62,659 nt of DNA. Source: Actinomycetes bacterium (GTDB taxonomy: Bacteria > Actinomycetota > Acidimicrobiia > Acidimicrobiales > RAAP-2). Positions 1-17,366 of the stretch are shown one piece after another. Below the pieces are notes generated by a model. It was not told where the DNA came from. It did no database searches and saw only the letters and a program-made list of their open reading frames with translations. The stretch lies in the NCBI GenBank assembly GCA_021794995.1, contig JAJYPY010000001.1:1-62659 (forward strand), given 5' to 3'. Position numbers and translations under genes: made by a program. Position 1 is the stretch's first letter. Each line of letters starts with the position of its first letter.

Positions 1-20
1 TTCGATTCCGACAGGGGGCT
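1..20 (+). tRNA. 3' fragment of a tRNA (T-loop plus 3' acceptor arm), probably tRNA-Thr
   Basis: The window opens with a TTCGATTCC T-loop-like sequence, then an AGGGGGC acceptor arm and a discriminator T, 4 nt before the next tRNA. The anticodon lies outside the window. Thr identity is inferred only from the actinobacterial thrT-metT-rpmG arrangement. Confidence 0.45.
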
Positions 21-24
21 CCCC

Positions 25-98
25 GGCGGCGTAGCTCAGTTGGTCAGAGCACACGGCTCATAATCGTGTTGTCGCGGGTTCGAGTCCCGCCGCCGCTA
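25..98 (+). tRNA. tRNA-Met (anticodon CAT), elongator type
   Basis: Cloverleaf read by hand: acceptor GGCGGCG/CGCCGCT, D-arm GCTC-AGTTGGTCA-GAGC, anticodon stem CACGG/TCGTG with loop CTCATAA, T-arm GCGGG-TTCGAGT-CCCGC. It lacks the three G-C pairs of an initiator anticodon stem. No CCA is encoded. Confidence 0.85.
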
Positions 99-140
99 CG
101 GACCGGGTCGACACGGTCGAGCGACAGGAGAGGAAGTCCG

Positions 141-305
141 ATGGCGAAGAACGAGAAGCGTGTCCAGGTCACCCTGGCCTGCGAAGTGTGCAAGCGGCGG
201 AACTACATCACGACCAAGAACAAGTTGAACGACCGCGAGCGCATCGAGATGCAGAAGTACTGCCGCTGGGACCGCCAGCACACCCTGCACAAGGAGACCC
301 GCTGA
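141..305 (+). CDS. rpmG: 50S ribosomal protein L33
   Basis: An internal ATG of ORF 66..305 gives [28 protein letters not shown]..., a typical 54-aa L33 with a CxxC motif. Confidence 0.9.
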   Translation: MAKNEKRVQVTLACEVCKRRNYITTKNKLNDRERIEMQKYCRWDRQHTLHKETR

Positions 306-416
306 TCCAGCCCGACCCGGGATGGTAACCTCGCGCCCTGCCTCCGAGGTCGGGACGGCCGCCGGCACCGGTGGCTCGAGCCGCCTCCGAACCCGACGAG
401 GCCCGCGCGGTGACAG

Positions 417-489
417 AGGGCAGTAGCTCAACTGGTAGAGCACCGGTCTCCAAAACCGGCGGTTGGGGGTTCGAGTCCCTCCTGCCCTG
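417..489 (+). tRNA. tRNA-Trp (anticodon CCA)
   Basis: Acceptor AGGGCAG/CTGCCCT, D-arm GCTC..GAGC, anticodon loop CTCCAAA, T-arm GGGGG-TTCGAGT-CCCTC. It sits directly upstream of secE, as in other Actinomycetota. Confidence 0.9.
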
Positions 490-570
490 CTCGAATCCCA
501 CCAGGGGTGGAGAGACCGCCCGAGAACAGTTGACGTCCGGAGCGAAGCAGTGAACCGCGAGACGAAGCGC

Positions 571-870
571 ATGACGGAGCGCCAGGTGGCGAAGGAGGCC
601 GACGTGGATGCTCAGGGGTTCCCCGAGATCGGCGACGCCGGCTCCGCGCCGCGCGCCACCCGCACGGCACAGGTCGGGAGCCGCCGCACGTCTCCCGTCC
701 AATTCGCCCGGGAGATTCGCGACGAGCTGCGCCAGGTTGCCTGGCCGAGCCGGGCGGAGATGGTCAACTATTCGATGGTCGTGTTCTTCACCCTCGTCCT
801 CATGGTCGGCCTGATCTTCCTCCTGAACTTCGCGTTCGGGAAGGGCGTCTTCTTCATGTTCCAAAAGTGA
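571..870 (+). CDS. secE: preprotein translocase subunit SecE
   Basis: The C-terminal half [39 protein letters not shown] is the conserved SecE TM helix region. Start chosen is ATG 571; an in-frame GTG at 550 is also possible. The ORF-track start at 463 lies inside tRNA-Trp. Confidence 0.8.
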   Translation: MTERQVAKEADVDAQGFPEIGDAGSAPRATRTAQVGSRRTSPVQFAREIRDELRQVAWPSRAEMVNYSMVVFFTLVLMVGLIFLLNFAFGKGVFFMFQK

Positions 871-1619
871 GCGTGGAACCCGTGACACTGCCCGACACCG
901 ACACCGACCTCGAGACGACGGACGCCCACGTGTCCGCCGAAGCCGACGCCCACGTGTCCGCCGAAGCCGACGCCCACGTGTCCGCCGAAGCCGACGCCCA
1001 CGTGTCCGCCGGAGCGGACGAGGGTGAAGAGGACGACGGCGAGGAGGAAGCCGTCTACGTCCCGAGTCCCTACGATCGCCCCGGGCGTTGGTACGTGGTG
1101 CACACCTACTCGGGCTACGAGAACAAGGTGACCTCGAACCTGAAGAACGTGGTCGCCTCGCGCAGTATGGAGGACCGGGTCTACGAGGTCGTCGTGCCGA
1201 TGGAGGACGTGGTCGAGGTCAAGAACGGCAAGCGCGTCACCGTCCAAAAGAAGGTCTTCCCGGGCTACCTGCTCGTACGCTGCGACCTCGACGACGACAC
1301 CTGGGGGGCGATCCGCAACACCCCTGGCGTCACCGGGTTCGTCGGGCCCGGCACCAAGCCGACGCCTCTCTCGCGCCGCGAGGTCGAGGGTATCCTGCAG
1401 GTGAAGCCCGAGGGTGTCCAGGCGCCCTCCAAGCGCGGCCGGCCGCGCCTCGAGTACGAGGTGAACGAGACGGTCCGGGTCCGCGAGGGTCCGTTCGCCG
1501 ACTTCTCGGGCCAGATCGCCGAGATCAACGAGGACCAGCTCAAGCTGAAGGTGCTGGTCAACATCTTCGGCCGGGAGACGCCGGTCGAGCTCGAATTCAG
1601 CCAGGTCGCAAAGCTCTAG
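867..1619 (+). CDS. nusG: transcription termination/antitermination factor NusG, with an acidic repeat N-terminal extension
   Basis: NGN domain [14 protein letters not shown] and KOW motif [40 protein letters not shown]. The GTG start overlaps the secE stop. Confidence 0.9.
   Translation: MSVEPVTLPDTDTDLETTDAHVSAEADAHVSAEADAHVSAEADAHVSAGADEGEEDDGEEEAVYVPSPYDRPGRWYVVHTYSGYENKVTSNLKNVVASRSMEDRVYEVVVPMEDVVEVKNGKRVTVQKKVFPGYLLVRCDLDDDTWGAIRNTPGVTGFVGPGTKPTPLSRREVEGILQVKPEGVQAPSKRGRPRLEYEVNETVRVREGPFADFSGQIAEINEDQLKLKVLVNIFGRETPVELEFSQVAKL
921..1016 (+). repeat. In-frame 24-bp tandem repeat x4 (GACGCCCACGTGTCCGCCGAAGCC) inside nusG
   Basis: Three identical units sit at 921-944, 945-968 and 969-992, followed by a fourth with 2 substitutions. 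It encodes (DAHVSAEA)x4. Confidence 0.95.
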
Positions 1620-1643
1620 CAATCCCTCGAAGGAGACCATCTC

Positions 1644-2075
1644 ATGCCCCCCCGCAAGCGCGTCCTCGCCGTGGTCAAGATCCAGCTCCAGGCCGGCGCG
1701 GCGACCCCCGCGCCGCCCGTCGGCACGGCGCTCGGCCCGCACGGTGTCCAGACCATGGAGTTCTGCAAGCAGTACAACGCGGCGACCGAGTCTCAGCGTG
1801 GCACCGTGATCCCGGTCGAGATCACCATCTACGAGGACCGCTCCTTCAGTTTCGTGCTGAAGACCACCCCGACGCCCGTCCTGCTCCGCCAGGCCGCGGG
1901 ACTCGAGAAGGGGTCGGCCACGACGGGACGCGAGAAGGTCGGCTCGATCACCGAGGACCAGCTCGCCGAGATCGCCCGCGTGAAGCTCGTCGACTTGAAC
2001 ACCGAGGACATGGACGCAGCGAAGAAGCAGGTGGCCGGTACCGCCCGGTCGATGGGCATCACGGTCGCGAGCTGA
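1644..2075 (+). CDS. rplK: 50S ribosomal protein L11
   Basis: [38 protein letters not shown] is a canonical L11 N-terminus. Confidence 0.95.
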   Translation: MPPRKRVLAVVKIQLQAGAATPAPPVGTALGPHGVQTMEFCKQYNAATESQRGTVIPVEITIYEDRSFSFVLKTTPTPVLLRQAAGLEKGSATTGREKVGSITEDQLAEIARVKLVDLNTEDMDAAKKQVAGTARSMGITVAS

Positions 2076-2100
2076 CGCGGGCGGAGACGGGAGAAGACCG

Positions 2101-2826
2101 ATGAGCCAGCATTCCAAGCGCTACGACACGTCGAACAGCCGGTACGACCGCGAGGCCCTCTACAAGGTCGGCGAGGCGATCGACCTCGTCAAGTCCATGG
2201 CGTCGGCCAAGTTCGACGAGACGGTCGAGCTGGCCGTACGCCTGGGGGTCGACCCGCGCAAGGCCGACCAGATCGTCCGCGGCACGCTCACGTTGCCCGC
2301 GGGGACGGGCAAGTCCGTTCGGGTGGCGGCGTTCGCGGCGGGGGACCAGGCGGCCGAGGCCCGCGCCGCCGGTGCGGACGTGGTCGGTGCCGACGACCTC
2401 GTGGCGCGCGTGCGCGACGAGGGTTTCTTGGACTTCGACGTGGCGATCTCCACGCCCGACCTCATGGGCCAGGTGGGGACGCTCGGCCGCATCCTCGGCC
2501 CCCGCGGGCTCATGCCGAATCCCAAGACCGGGACCGTCACGACCGATGTCGCGCGTGCGGTCACCGAATTCAAGGGCGGGCGCGTCGAGTACCGCACCGA
2601 CAAGGTGGGCAATGTCCATCTGCCGGTCGGCAAGGTCTCGTTCTCCAGGGCAGACGTGCTCGCGAACGTGCACGCGGTCATCGAGGAGCTGATCCGCGCG
2701 AAGCCCGCGTCCGCCAAGGGCCGCTATCTGCTCGCGGTCACGCTGTCCTCGACGATGGGCCCGGGGGTCCGCATCGATCCCGCCCGGGCGCGAGAGGTCG
2801 AAGAGGAGCTGGCGGCCACCGCCTGA
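2101..2826 (+). CDS. rplA: 50S ribosomal protein L1
   Basis: SKRYD...AKFDETVELAVRLGVDPRKADQIVRGTLTLPAGTGK is a canonical L1 signature. Confidence 0.95.
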   Translation: MSQHSKRYDTSNSRYDREALYKVGEAIDLVKSMASAKFDETVELAVRLGVDPRKADQIVRGTLTLPAGTGKSVRVAAFAAGDQAAEARAAGADVVGADDLVARVRDEGFLDFDVAISTPDLMGQVGTLGRILGPRGLMPNPKTGTVTTDVARAVTEFKGGRVEYRTDKVGNVHLPVGKVSFSRADVLANVHAVIEELIRAKPASAKGRYLLAVTLSSTMGPGVRIDPARAREVEEELAATA

Positions 2827-3010
2827 TATCCTCTTTCCTGCAGCCCGCCAGGCGCGGGCAACGAGTCTTCGATCGCCGTAGACCTCCGGTGTGCCTTCGG
2901 GCGCGGAAGGGGCCCATAGGGCCCGCCTGACGAGGCGACGTCTTCCGGGCACCGCCCGGTCCGTCGTCACACCGGGGCAACGCGGCGCTGCGCCGACGTG
3001 TGGAGGAGCG
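2827..3010 (+). promoter_or_regulatory. Candidate rplJL (L10) leader, a structured 5' UTR
   Basis: A 184-nt non-coding gap lies before rplJ. It contains hairpins GCCCGC-caggc-GCGGGC (2843..2859), GTGCC-ttcg-GGCGC and GGGCCC-ata-GGGCCC. Firmicutes and Actinobacteria are known to carry an L10(L12)4-binding leader here. No covariance model was run. Confidence 0.3.
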
Positions 3011-3736
3011 ATGGACAATCCGAGGCCCGAAAAGGTCGCCGTCGTCGACGAGGTCCGCGCGCGCCTCGACGCCTCCACGGCGTCGGTCGTCACCGAGTAC
3101 CGGGGACTGACCGTGGCCGACCTGGCGACGCTGCGCAAGAACCTGGGAGCGGCCGGGGGGGACTACAAGATCTTCAAGAACACGCTCGTGAAGAGGGCGA
3201 TCGCCGCGAGTGCCTACGCGCCGCTCGAGGAGTTCCTGAGCGGGCCGACGGCGATCGCGTTCGTCCACGGCGACGTGAGCGCGGTGGCCAAGGCGTTGCG
3301 GGACTTCTCGCGCACCAACGCACACCTCGTCGTGAAGGGGGGCCTCTTCGACGGGGCCGTCGTGTCGCCGGCGCAACTCGGTGCGCTCGCGGAGCTGCCG
3401 TCGCGCGAGGTGCTGCTCGCGCACCTGGCGGGCGCCCTGCAAGCCCCTCTCGCCAAGCTCGCCTCACTGCTCCAGGCGTTGCCGCGCAATCTCGCCTATG
3501 GCCTGGCGGCCCTCGTCGACCAGCGCGGCGGCGTGCCCGAGGAGGAGCCGGCGGCGCCCGAGGTGCAGGCGGACGCACAGGCGACGGCGACCGACACCGC
3601 GGCCGACGGAATCGAGGGGCCTCCGGCCGGCGAGGACACGTCGGCGCCGGAGGACACGTCGGCGCCGGAGGACACGGCGGCACCCGAGGGCACGGCGGCA
3701 CCCGAGGGCACCGCACCTCGGGACGGGGCGGCGTAG
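3011..3736 (+). CDS. rplJ: 50S ribosomal protein L10 with a repeat-containing acidic C-terminal tail
   Basis: ATG 3011 is preceded by GGAGGAG. MDNPRPEKVAVVDEVRARLDASTASVVTEYRGLTVADLATLR is a canonical L10 start. The ORF-track start at 2891 adds an unconserved Arg-rich peptide. Confidence 0.9.
   Translation: MDNPRPEKVAVVDEVRARLDASTASVVTEYRGLTVADLATLRKNLGAAGGDYKIFKNTLVKRAIAASAYAPLEEFLSGPTAIAFVHGDVSAVAKALRDFSRTNAHLVVKGGLFDGAVVSPAQLGALAELPSREVLLAHLAGALQAPLAKLASLLQALPRNLAYGLAALVDQRGGVPEEEPAAPEVQADAQATATDTAADGIEGPPAGEDTSAPEDTSAPEDTAAPEGTAAPEGTAPRDGAA
3632..3721 (+). repeat. In-frame 18-bp tandem repeat x5 in the rplJ tail
   Basis: GAGGACACGTCGGCGCCG occurs twice identically, followed by three diverged units. 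It encodes EDTSAP-EDTSAP-EDTAAP-EGTAAP-EGTAPR. Confidence 0.9.
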
Positions 3737-3796
3737 TCCTCCTCCGAGAGACCGAACGAAGCAGATCGCACGAGATCGGAACAGAAAGGAACCACA

Positions 3797-4186
3797 ATGG
3801 CAGGAGCCCTGACCAAGGACCAGATCCTCGACGGCATCGCCGAGCTCACGGTCCTCGAGCTGAGCGAGCTCGTGAAGGAGTTCGAGGATCGTTTTGGCGT
3901 GACCGCGGCAGCACCGGTCGCGATCGCGGCAGCCCCCGCTGCGCCCGGCGGTGACGTGGCGGCGGAGGAGGAGCAGACCGAGTTCGACGTGGTCCTCACC
4001 TCGGCCGGGGACAAGAAGATCCAGGTGATCAAGGAGGTGCGTGCCCTCACGAGCCTCGGTCTGAAGGAGGCCAAAGACCTCGTCGACAGCGCACCCAAGG
4101 CGGTGCTGGAGCGTGTCAACAAGGACGACGCGGACAAGGCGCGGGCCGCGCTCGAGGGTGCCGGCGCCACGGTGGAGGTCAAGTAA
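3797..4186 (+). CDS. rplL: 50S ribosomal protein L7/L12
   Basis: An N-terminal dimerisation helix, an Ala/Pro hinge, and the C-terminal domain [28 protein letters not shown]...GATVEVK. Confidence 0.95.
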   Translation: MAGALTKDQILDGIAELTVLELSELVKEFEDRFGVTAAAPVAIAAAPAAPGGDVAAEEEQTEFDVVLTSAGDKKIQVIKEVRALTSLGLKEAKDLVDSAPKAVLERVNKDDADKARAALEGAGATVEVK

Positions 4187-4327
4187 GCCGGCACGCAGCG
4201 GCGCGGCCGGGGCATCGGTGGGTGCCAGCCGGCCGGTGCCGCCGCACCGTCGTGGCGCGCAGGGGTGCGGGGAACCCGCACTGCGATCCTCTTCGGAGCA
4301 TCCTGGCTGGCGAGGACGTCGGGTCCC

Positions 4328-4356
4328 TTGACTCCCGTGGCGCGGACACTTACCCT
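4328..4356 (+). promoter_or_regulatory. Candidate sigma-70-type promoter (TTGACT-N17-TACCCT) upstream of rpoB
   Basis: Hexamers were read directly from the sequence in the rplL-rpoB spacer. There is no experimental support. Confidence 0.3.
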
Positions 4357-4393
4357 GTCGGTGGTTCACCCCTCGGCATGCAGCCGGGAGGGG

Positions 4394-4422
4394 TTGTGTC
4401 TCTGCCCGTCTCCGGGTATGAT
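4394..4422 (+). promoter_or_regulatory. Candidate promoter (TTGTGT-N17-TATGAT) upstream of rpoB
   Basis: A good -10 TATGAT with 17-nt spacing to a TTG-containing -35 element. It lies about 170 nt upstream of the rpoB start. Confidence 0.4.
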
Positions 4423-4510
4423 GCAGGGTTGCCGTGCAGCCTCGTCTTGCGATCGCAATTCCTTCAGCCTGAATGGCGCGCGCCATGGCACCACTGGGGG
4501 CCCCGCCGGG

Positions 4511-4546
4511 GTCCTCGTTAGCCGCCGTCCTCGTTAGCCGCCGTCC
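4511..4546 (+). repeat. 16-bp direct tandem duplication (GTCCTCGTTAGCCGCC x2.25) in the rpoB leader
   Basis: Identical units at 4511-4526 and 4527-4542, plus a partial third copy. Confidence 0.9.
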
Positions 4547-4590
4547 CCCGTCTCTAGCCTGCACCCCGAACCTCTGGGAGGAGTTGACCG

Positions 4591-12290
<7,700 letters not shown>

Positions 12291-12406
12291 GACGCCGGGT
12301 CGTGGCCAACCCGCCGGGACCGGCGGCCCGGCCCGGCCCGGTACACTGGTGACGCGCCCGACCGAACGGCGCCCGAATCCGGGAGCTCGCCAGAGCGCCT
12401 GGGCTC

Positions 12407-12435
12407 TTGCCGGGCCACGGACGCTGCCGTAGCAT
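12407..12435 (+). promoter_or_regulatory. Candidate promoter (TTGCCG-N17-TAGCAT) for the rpsL-rpsG-fusA-tuf unit
   Basis: Hexamers were read directly from the sequence, about 80 nt upstream of the rpsL GTG. Confidence 0.4.
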
Positions 12436-12514
12436 TGACGTCCTGCACGGTGGACCGGTGAGTCCGGCCGCCGCCCCTGCAGGAAACCGCACACACTCAG
12501 ACCAGAGGACACGC

Positions 12515-12886
12515 GTGCCCACCATCGCCCAGCTCGTCCGCAAGGGACGTGAGGCCAAGCAGTCGAAGACCAAGACCCCGGCCCTCCGCGGTGCGCCCCA
12601 GCGCCGGGGCGTGTGCACCCGCGTCTACACGACCACGCCAAAGAAGCCGAACTCCGCCCTCCGCAAGGTGGCCCGCGTCCGGCTGACGAGCGGTGTGGAG
12701 GTCACCGCCTACATCCCCGGGGTCGGGCACAACCTCCAAGAGCACTCGATCGTGCTCGTGCGTGGTGGTCGAGTGAAGGACCTCCCGGGTGTGCGCTACA
12801 AGGTGATCCGCGGGGCGCTCGACACCTCAGGGGTGCGCGAGCGCAGCCAGGCTCGCAGCCGGTACGGCGCCAAGAAGGAGTCCTGA
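12515..12886 (+). CDS. rpsL: 30S ribosomal protein S12
   Basis: GTG 12515 gives (M)[56 protein letters not shown], a canonical S12. Confidence 0.95.
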   Translation: MPTIAQLVRKGREAKQSKTKTPALRGAPQRRGVCTRVYTTTPKKPNSALRKVARVRLTSGVEVTAYIPGVGHNLQEHSIVLVRGGRVKDLPGVRYKVIRGALDTSGVRERSQARSRYGAKKES

Positions 12887-12887
12887 G

Positions 12888-13358
12888 ATGCCCCGGAGCG
12901 GACCTGCAGCGCGGCGCGACCTCCAGCCCGATCCCGTCTACCGGTCGGTGCTCGTCACCCAGGTCGTCAACAAGATCTTGAGCCGCGGCAAGCGCACGCT
13001 GTCCGAGCGGCTCGTCTACGGCGCGTTGTCACTCGTCCAGGAGCGTTCGGGCTCCGAGCCCATCACCGTCTTGAAGCGCGCAGTCGAGAACACGCGCCCC
13101 GAGCTGGAGGTCCGCAGCCGCCGTGTCGGTGGTGCGACGTACCAGGTGCCCGTCGAGGTGCGCCCTCGTCGGGCGACCACGCTCGCCATTCGCTGGCTCG
13201 TCGGCTTCGCCCGCCAGCGACGCGAGAAGACGATGGCCGAGCGCCTGGCGAACGAGATTCTCGACGCCTCCAACGGCATCGGTGCGGCGGTCAAGCGCCG
13301 CGAGGACCTGCACAAGATGGCCGAGTCCAACAAGGCCTTCGCCCACTACCGCTGGTAG
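12888..13358 (+). CDS. rpsG: 30S ribosomal protein S7
   Basis: [31 protein letters not shown]...AFAHYRW. Confidence 0.95.
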   Translation: MPRSGPAARRDLQPDPVYRSVLVTQVVNKILSRGKRTLSERLVYGALSLVQERSGSEPITVLKRAVENTRPELEVRSRRVGGATYQVPVEVRPRRATTLAIRWLVGFARQRREKTMAERLANEILDASNGIGAAVKRREDLHKMAESNKAFAHYRW

Positions 13359-13385
13359 TCCCACCCGAATTTGAATTGAGCTTCC

Positions 13386-15482
13386 ATGGCTGAGCCCCTG
13401 CTCCAGCGCGAATTCCCTCTCGCCAAGACCCGCAACATCGGGATCATGGCGCACATCGACGCGGGGAAGACGACGACGACCGAGCGCATCCTCTACTACA
13501 CCGGTCGCAACTACAAGATCGGCGAGGTGCACGAAGGCGCCGCGACGATGGACTGGATGGTCCAAGAGCAAGAGCGCGGCATCACCATCACCTCTGCCGC
13601 CACCACCTGCCGGTGGCGCGACACGTGGATCAACATCATCGACACCCCGGGCCACGTCGACTTCACCGTCGAGGTGGAGCGGTCGTTGCGCGTGCTCGAC
13701 GGTGCGGTTGCCGTCTTCGACGCGGTCGCCGGGGTGGAGCCCCAGACCGAAACCGTCTGGCGCCAGGCGAACAAGTACCGCGTGCCGAGGATCTGCTTCG
13801 TGAACAAGATGGACCGCGTCGGCGCCGACTTTCATCGCACCGTCGAGATGATCCGAGACCGCCTGGACGCGACCCCCGCGGTGGTCCAGCTGCCCATCGG
13901 CAGCGAGGGCGAATTCCGGGGCGTCGTGGACCTGCTGGAGCAGCGCGCGCTCGTGTGGGAAGAGACCATGGGCGAGCACTGGAACGACGTCGACGTGCCC
14001 GAGGCGCTGCAGAGCGAGGCGCATGACGCTCGCCACCAGCTGGTGGACGTGCTGTCGAACTATGACGACACGATCATGGAGAAGTACCTGGCGGACGAGG
14101 AGATCACCGCCGCCGATCTCCGCAGGGCACTTCGCACCGCGACCCTTGCGAACGAGGTGGTCCCGGTCCTCTGCGGCTCCGCGTTCAAGAACAAAGGCGT
14201 CCAGCCGATGCTCGACGCGGTCGTCGACTACCTCCCGAGCCCACTCGACCTCCCGCCGACCACGGGCACCAAGCCCGGCAAGGACGAGATCGAAGAGCGG
14301 GCCGCCGATGACGAGGCGCCGTTCTCCGCGCTCGCCTTCAAGATCATGACCGACCCCTACGTCGGCAAGCTGACGTACCTGCGGGTCTATTCGGGCTCCC
14401 TCAAGAAGGGGGGCACGGTCTCCAACACGACCAAGGACCGCAAGGAGCGGATCGGACGGCTGCTGCAGATGCACGCCAACCACCGCGAGGACAAGGACGC
14501 CATCTTCGCCGGCGACATCGTTGCCGCCGTCGGGCTCAAGCAGACCACGACCGGCGACACCCTGTCGGACCCCGCCCACCCCATCGTGCTCGAAGCCCTC
14601 GAATTCCCCGAGCCGGTGATCCACGTTGCGGTGGAGCCGAAGACCAAGGCCGACCAGGACAAGCTCGGCAAGGCGCTCTTCGCCCTCTCGGAGGAGGACC
14701 CGACCTTCCGCGTGCGCACGGACGAGGAGACGGGGCAGACCGTCATCTCGGGGATGGGTGAGCTGCATCTCGAGGTGCTGGTCGACCGGATGCTGCGGGA
14801 GTTCAACGTCGATGCGAACGTCGGAAAGCCGCAGGTCGCCTATCGCGAGACGGTCCGCAAGCACGTCGACAAGGTCGAGGAGCGCTACATCCGCCAGACC
14901 GGCGGGCGTGGCCAGTACGGGCACGTGGTCATCGACCTCGAGCCCACCGGTCCCGGGGGAGGCTACGAGTTCATCGACAAGATCACCGGTGGCGTCATCC
15001 CAAAGGAGTACATCCCCTCGGTCGATGCCGGCATCCAAGAGGCGCTCACGTCGGGGGTCCTGGCCGGCTATCCGACGGTGGACGTCCGGGTGACCCTCAC
15101 CTACGGCTCCTACCACGAGGTCGACTCCTCGGAGATGGCGTTCAAGATCGCCGGGTCCATGGCGGTCAAGAAGGCGGCCCGGATGGCCGACCCGGTCCTC
15201 TTGGAGCCGGTGATGGCCGTGGAGGTCGTCACCCCCGAGGACTACATGGGCGACGTCATCGGCGACCTGTCCTCGAGGCGGGGCCGGGTCGAAGGGATGG
15301 AGCAACGGGGGACCAGCCACGTCGTCCGGGCCCAGGTACCGCTGGCCGACATGTTCGGCTACGCTACCGATCTGCGTTCGCGTACCCAGGGCAGAGCCAC
15401 GTACACGATGCAGTTCCACGCCTACAACGAAGTGCCCGACTCGATCGCCAAGGAGATCATCGCCAGGGCACGCGGAGAGTAG
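13386..15482 (+). CDS. fusA: elongation factor G
   Basis: G1 motif [12 protein letters not shown] and DTPGHVDF; 698 aa. Confidence 0.97.
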   Translation: MAEPLLQREFPLAKTRNIGIMAHIDAGKTTTTERILYYTGRNYKIGEVHEGAATMDWMVQEQERGITITSAATTCRWRDTWINIIDTPGHVDFTVEVERSLRVLDGAVAVFDAVAGVEPQTETVWRQANKYRVPRICFVNKMDRVGADFHRTVEMIRDRLDATPAVVQLPIGSEGEFRGVVDLLEQRALVWEETMGEHWNDVDVPEALQSEAHDARHQLVDVLSNYDDTIMEKYLADEEITAADLRRALRTATLANEVVPVLCGSAFKNKGVQPMLDAVVDYLPSPLDLPPTTGTKPGKDEIEERAADDEAPFSALAFKIMTDPYVGKLTYLRVYSGSLKKGGTVSNTTKDRKERIGRLLQMHANHREDKDAIFAGDIVAAVGLKQTTTGDTLSDPAHPIVLEALEFPEPVIHVAVEPKTKADQDKLGKALFALSEEDPTFRVRTDEETGQTVISGMGELHLEVLVDRMLREFNVDANVGKPQVAYRETVRKHVDKVEERYIRQTGGRGQYGHVVIDLEPTGPGGGYEFIDKITGGVIPKEYIPSVDAGIQEALTSGVLAGYPTVDVRVTLTYGSYHEVDSSEMAFKIAGSMAVKKAARMADPVLLEPVMAVEVVTPEDYMGDVIGDLSSRRGRVEGMEQRGTSHVVRAQVPLADMFGYATDLRSRTQGRATYTMQFHAYNEVPDSIAKEIIARARGE

Positions 15483-15610
15483 GCGCCCAGCCGGCATCGC
15501 CGGCGGCATGCGGCACAGCGGCAGGAAGGCAGCACACACCACCATGGGCGGGCGACCGCCGGCGGCGGGCCCGAGGGGGCGCCGCCCGAGATAGGGAGTA
15601 GTTCGAGGAG

Positions 15611-16798
15611 ATGGCCAAGAAGAAGTTCGAGCGCTCGAAGCCCCATGTGAACGTGGGGACGATGGGGCACATCGACCACGGCAAGACCACGTTGACGGCG
15701 GCCATCACCAAGGTGCTGTCGGAGCAGAACCCCAACACCACCTTCACCCCGTTCGACCAGATCGACAAAGCTCCCGAAGAGAAGCAGCGCGGCATCACGA
15801 TCTCGATCGCCCACGTGGAGTACGAGACCCCGAAGCGCCACTACGCCCACGTGGACATGCCGGGTCACGCGGACTACATCAAGAACATGATCACCGGCGC
15901 CGCGCAGGTCGACGGGGCGATTCTCGTCGTCTCCGCCGCTGACGGCCCCATGCCCCAGACGCGCGAACACGTGCTGCTCGCACGCCAGGTCGGCGTCCCC
16001 TACATCGTGGTGGCGCTGAACAAGGCCGACATGGTCGACGACGAGGAGCTGCTGGATCTCGTGGAGCTCGAGGTCCGAGAGCTCTTGAGCGAGTACACAT
16101 TCCCCGGTGACGACGCACCCGTCGTACGCGTGAGCGCGTTGAAGGCGCTCGAGGGCGACCCGGAGTGGACCTCCAAGGTCATCGAGCTCATGGACGCGGT
16201 GGACGAGTACATCCCCGAGCCCGTGCGCGACGTCGAGAAGCCCTTCCTCATGCCGGTCGAAGACGTCATGTCGATCACCGGCCGCGGCACGGTGGTCACG
16301 GGCAAGGTCGAGCAGGGCATCGTCCACGTCGGTGACGAGTGCGAGATCGTCGGGCTGCGCGACACCCAGAAGACGACCGTCACCGGCGTCGAGATGTTCC
16401 GCAAGCTCCTCGACGAAGGGCGTGCGGGCGACAACATCGGTGCGCTGCTGCGCGGCACGAAGAAAGAGGATGTCGAGCGCGGGCAAGTCCTGTGCAAGCC
16501 CGGCTCGATCACGCCGCACACCGACTTCCAGGCGGCGATCTACGTCCTGACGAAGGAAGAGGGCGGGCGGCACAAGCCGTTCTTCACGAACTACCGCCCG
16601 CAGTTCTACTTCCGGACCACCGACGTGACCGGGTCGATCTCGCTCGCCGAGGGCACCGAGATGGTCATGCCCGGGGACAACACCGAGATCACCGTCGAGC
16701 TCGGCAAGCCGATCGCGATGGACGAGGGACTTCGCTTCGCCATTCGCGAGGGCGGCCGCACCGTCGCCTCCGGTCGAGTCGTCAAGATCCTCAAGTAA
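15611..16798 (+). CDS. tuf: elongation factor Tu
   Basis: [23 protein letters not shown] and NKADMV motifs; 395 aa. Confidence 0.97.
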   Translation: MAKKKFERSKPHVNVGTMGHIDHGKTTLTAAITKVLSEQNPNTTFTPFDQIDKAPEEKQRGITISIAHVEYETPKRHYAHVDMPGHADYIKNMITGAAQVDGAILVVSAADGPMPQTREHVLLARQVGVPYIVVALNKADMVDDEELLDLVELEVRELLSEYTFPGDDAPVVRVSALKALEGDPEWTSKVIELMDAVDEYIPEPVRDVEKPFLMPVEDVMSITGRGTVVTGKVEQGIVHVGDECEIVGLRDTQKTTVTGVEMFRKLLDEGRAGDNIGALLRGTKKEDVERGQVLCKPGSITPHTDFQAAIYVLTKEEGGRHKPFFTNYRPQFYFRTTDVTGSISLAEGTEMVMPGDNTEITVELGKPIAMDEGLRFAIREGGRTVASGRVVKILK

Positions 16799-16824
16799 GC
16801 GATCGAGACCGGGACCCGCGCACC

Positions 16825-17151
16825 ATGGCCGACAGCAGCCGACAGAAGATCCGGATCAGGCTGAAGGCCTACGACCACGAGATCCTGGACCAGTCCACCG
16901 AGAAGATCGTCCAGACGGTGCTGCGTACCCAGGCGAAGGTGCAGGGTCCCGTGCCGCTGCCGACCGACAAGCACCGCTACACGGTCATCCGCTCCCCGCA
17001 CAAGTACAAGGACAGCCGCGAGCATTTCGAGATGCGGGTGCACAAGCGCCTGGTGGACATCGTGGAGCACACCCCCAAGACGGTCGACTCCCTCCAGCGG
17101 CTCGACCTGCCCGCGGGCGTGGACATCGAGATCAAGATACAGAACGCCTAA
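16825..17151 (+). CDS. rpsJ: 30S ribosomal protein S10
   Basis: ATG 16825 gives [32 protein letters not shown]...[13 protein letters not shown]. It lies only 26 nt after tuf. Confidence 0.93.
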   Translation: MADSSRQKIRIRLKAYDHEILDQSTEKIVQTVLRTQAKVQGPVPLPTDKHRYTVIRSPHKYKDSREHFEMRVHKRLVDIVEHTPKTVDSLQRLDLPAGVDIEIKIQNA

Positions 17152-17177
17152 CGGCACACCCGTCCTGGCGGGGCGCC

Positions 17178-17207
17178 TTGGCGCCTCCCGCGGGGTTCGG
17201 GTAAGAT
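17178..17207 (+). promoter_or_regulatory. Candidate internal promoter (TTGGCG-N18-TAAGAT) between rpsJ and rplC
   Basis: Hexamers were read directly from the sequence in the unusually long rpsJ-rplC spacer. Confidence 0.35.
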
Positions 17208-17332
17208 CGCACTTCGGCTGCCTCCGGGTGGCCGGTGCAACGGTGCGGCACGGCCGCGCCGGTCCAGGAGATGTGCTTGAGCGCCCCTCGCGCCCGGAGG
17301 GAACGGGGGGGACCTCAGGCCGGCACAGGACG

Positions 17333-17366
17333 AGCGCTCCGCTCGGGTTACTCCGGGCGGAGCGTT
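17333..17366 (+). promoter_or_regulatory. 15-bp hairpin (AGCGCTCCGCTCGGG-ttac-TCCGGGCGGAGCGTT) in the rplC leader
   Basis: Hand-folded: 12 Watson-Crick pairs plus 3 G-U pairs and a 4-nt loop, ending 40 nt before the rplC GTG. A second imperfect helix (about 17372..17394) abuts the GAGGGAGAG Shine-Dalgarno sequence. Confidence 0.5.

Noticed and set aside
1-489. The tRNA cluster (Thr?/Met/Trp) as an integration hotspot with an adjacent island.
   Set aside because: No integrase, no direct repeat of a tRNA 3' end, and no compositional break. The flanking genes (rpmG, secE, nusG) are the canonical conserved neighbours.
2891-3010. N-terminal extensions suggested by the ORF track for rplJ (2891), rplC (17235), rpsL (12407), rpoA (32073), sucC (55247) and glmS (36425).
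   Set aside because: The upstream portions are Arg/Pro-rich and unconserved. Internal starts preceded by Shine-Dalgarno sequences reproduce the canonical N-termini of each family.
4447-4458. A GCGATCGC-containing palindrome resembling the cyanobacterial HIP1 element.
   Set aside because: I spotted only this one intergenic perfect 12-mer by eye, in an actinobacterial-type locus. The octamer is expected by chance in GC-rich DNA, so this is not evidence of a HIP1-like dispersed repeat.
4222-4537. Two overlapping + strand ORFs (99 and 90 aa) in the rplL-rpoB spacer.
   Set aside because: They have no Shine-Dalgarno sequence and no recognisable protein features. They overlap promoter-like elements and palindromes, and are more parsimoniously part of the rpoB leader.
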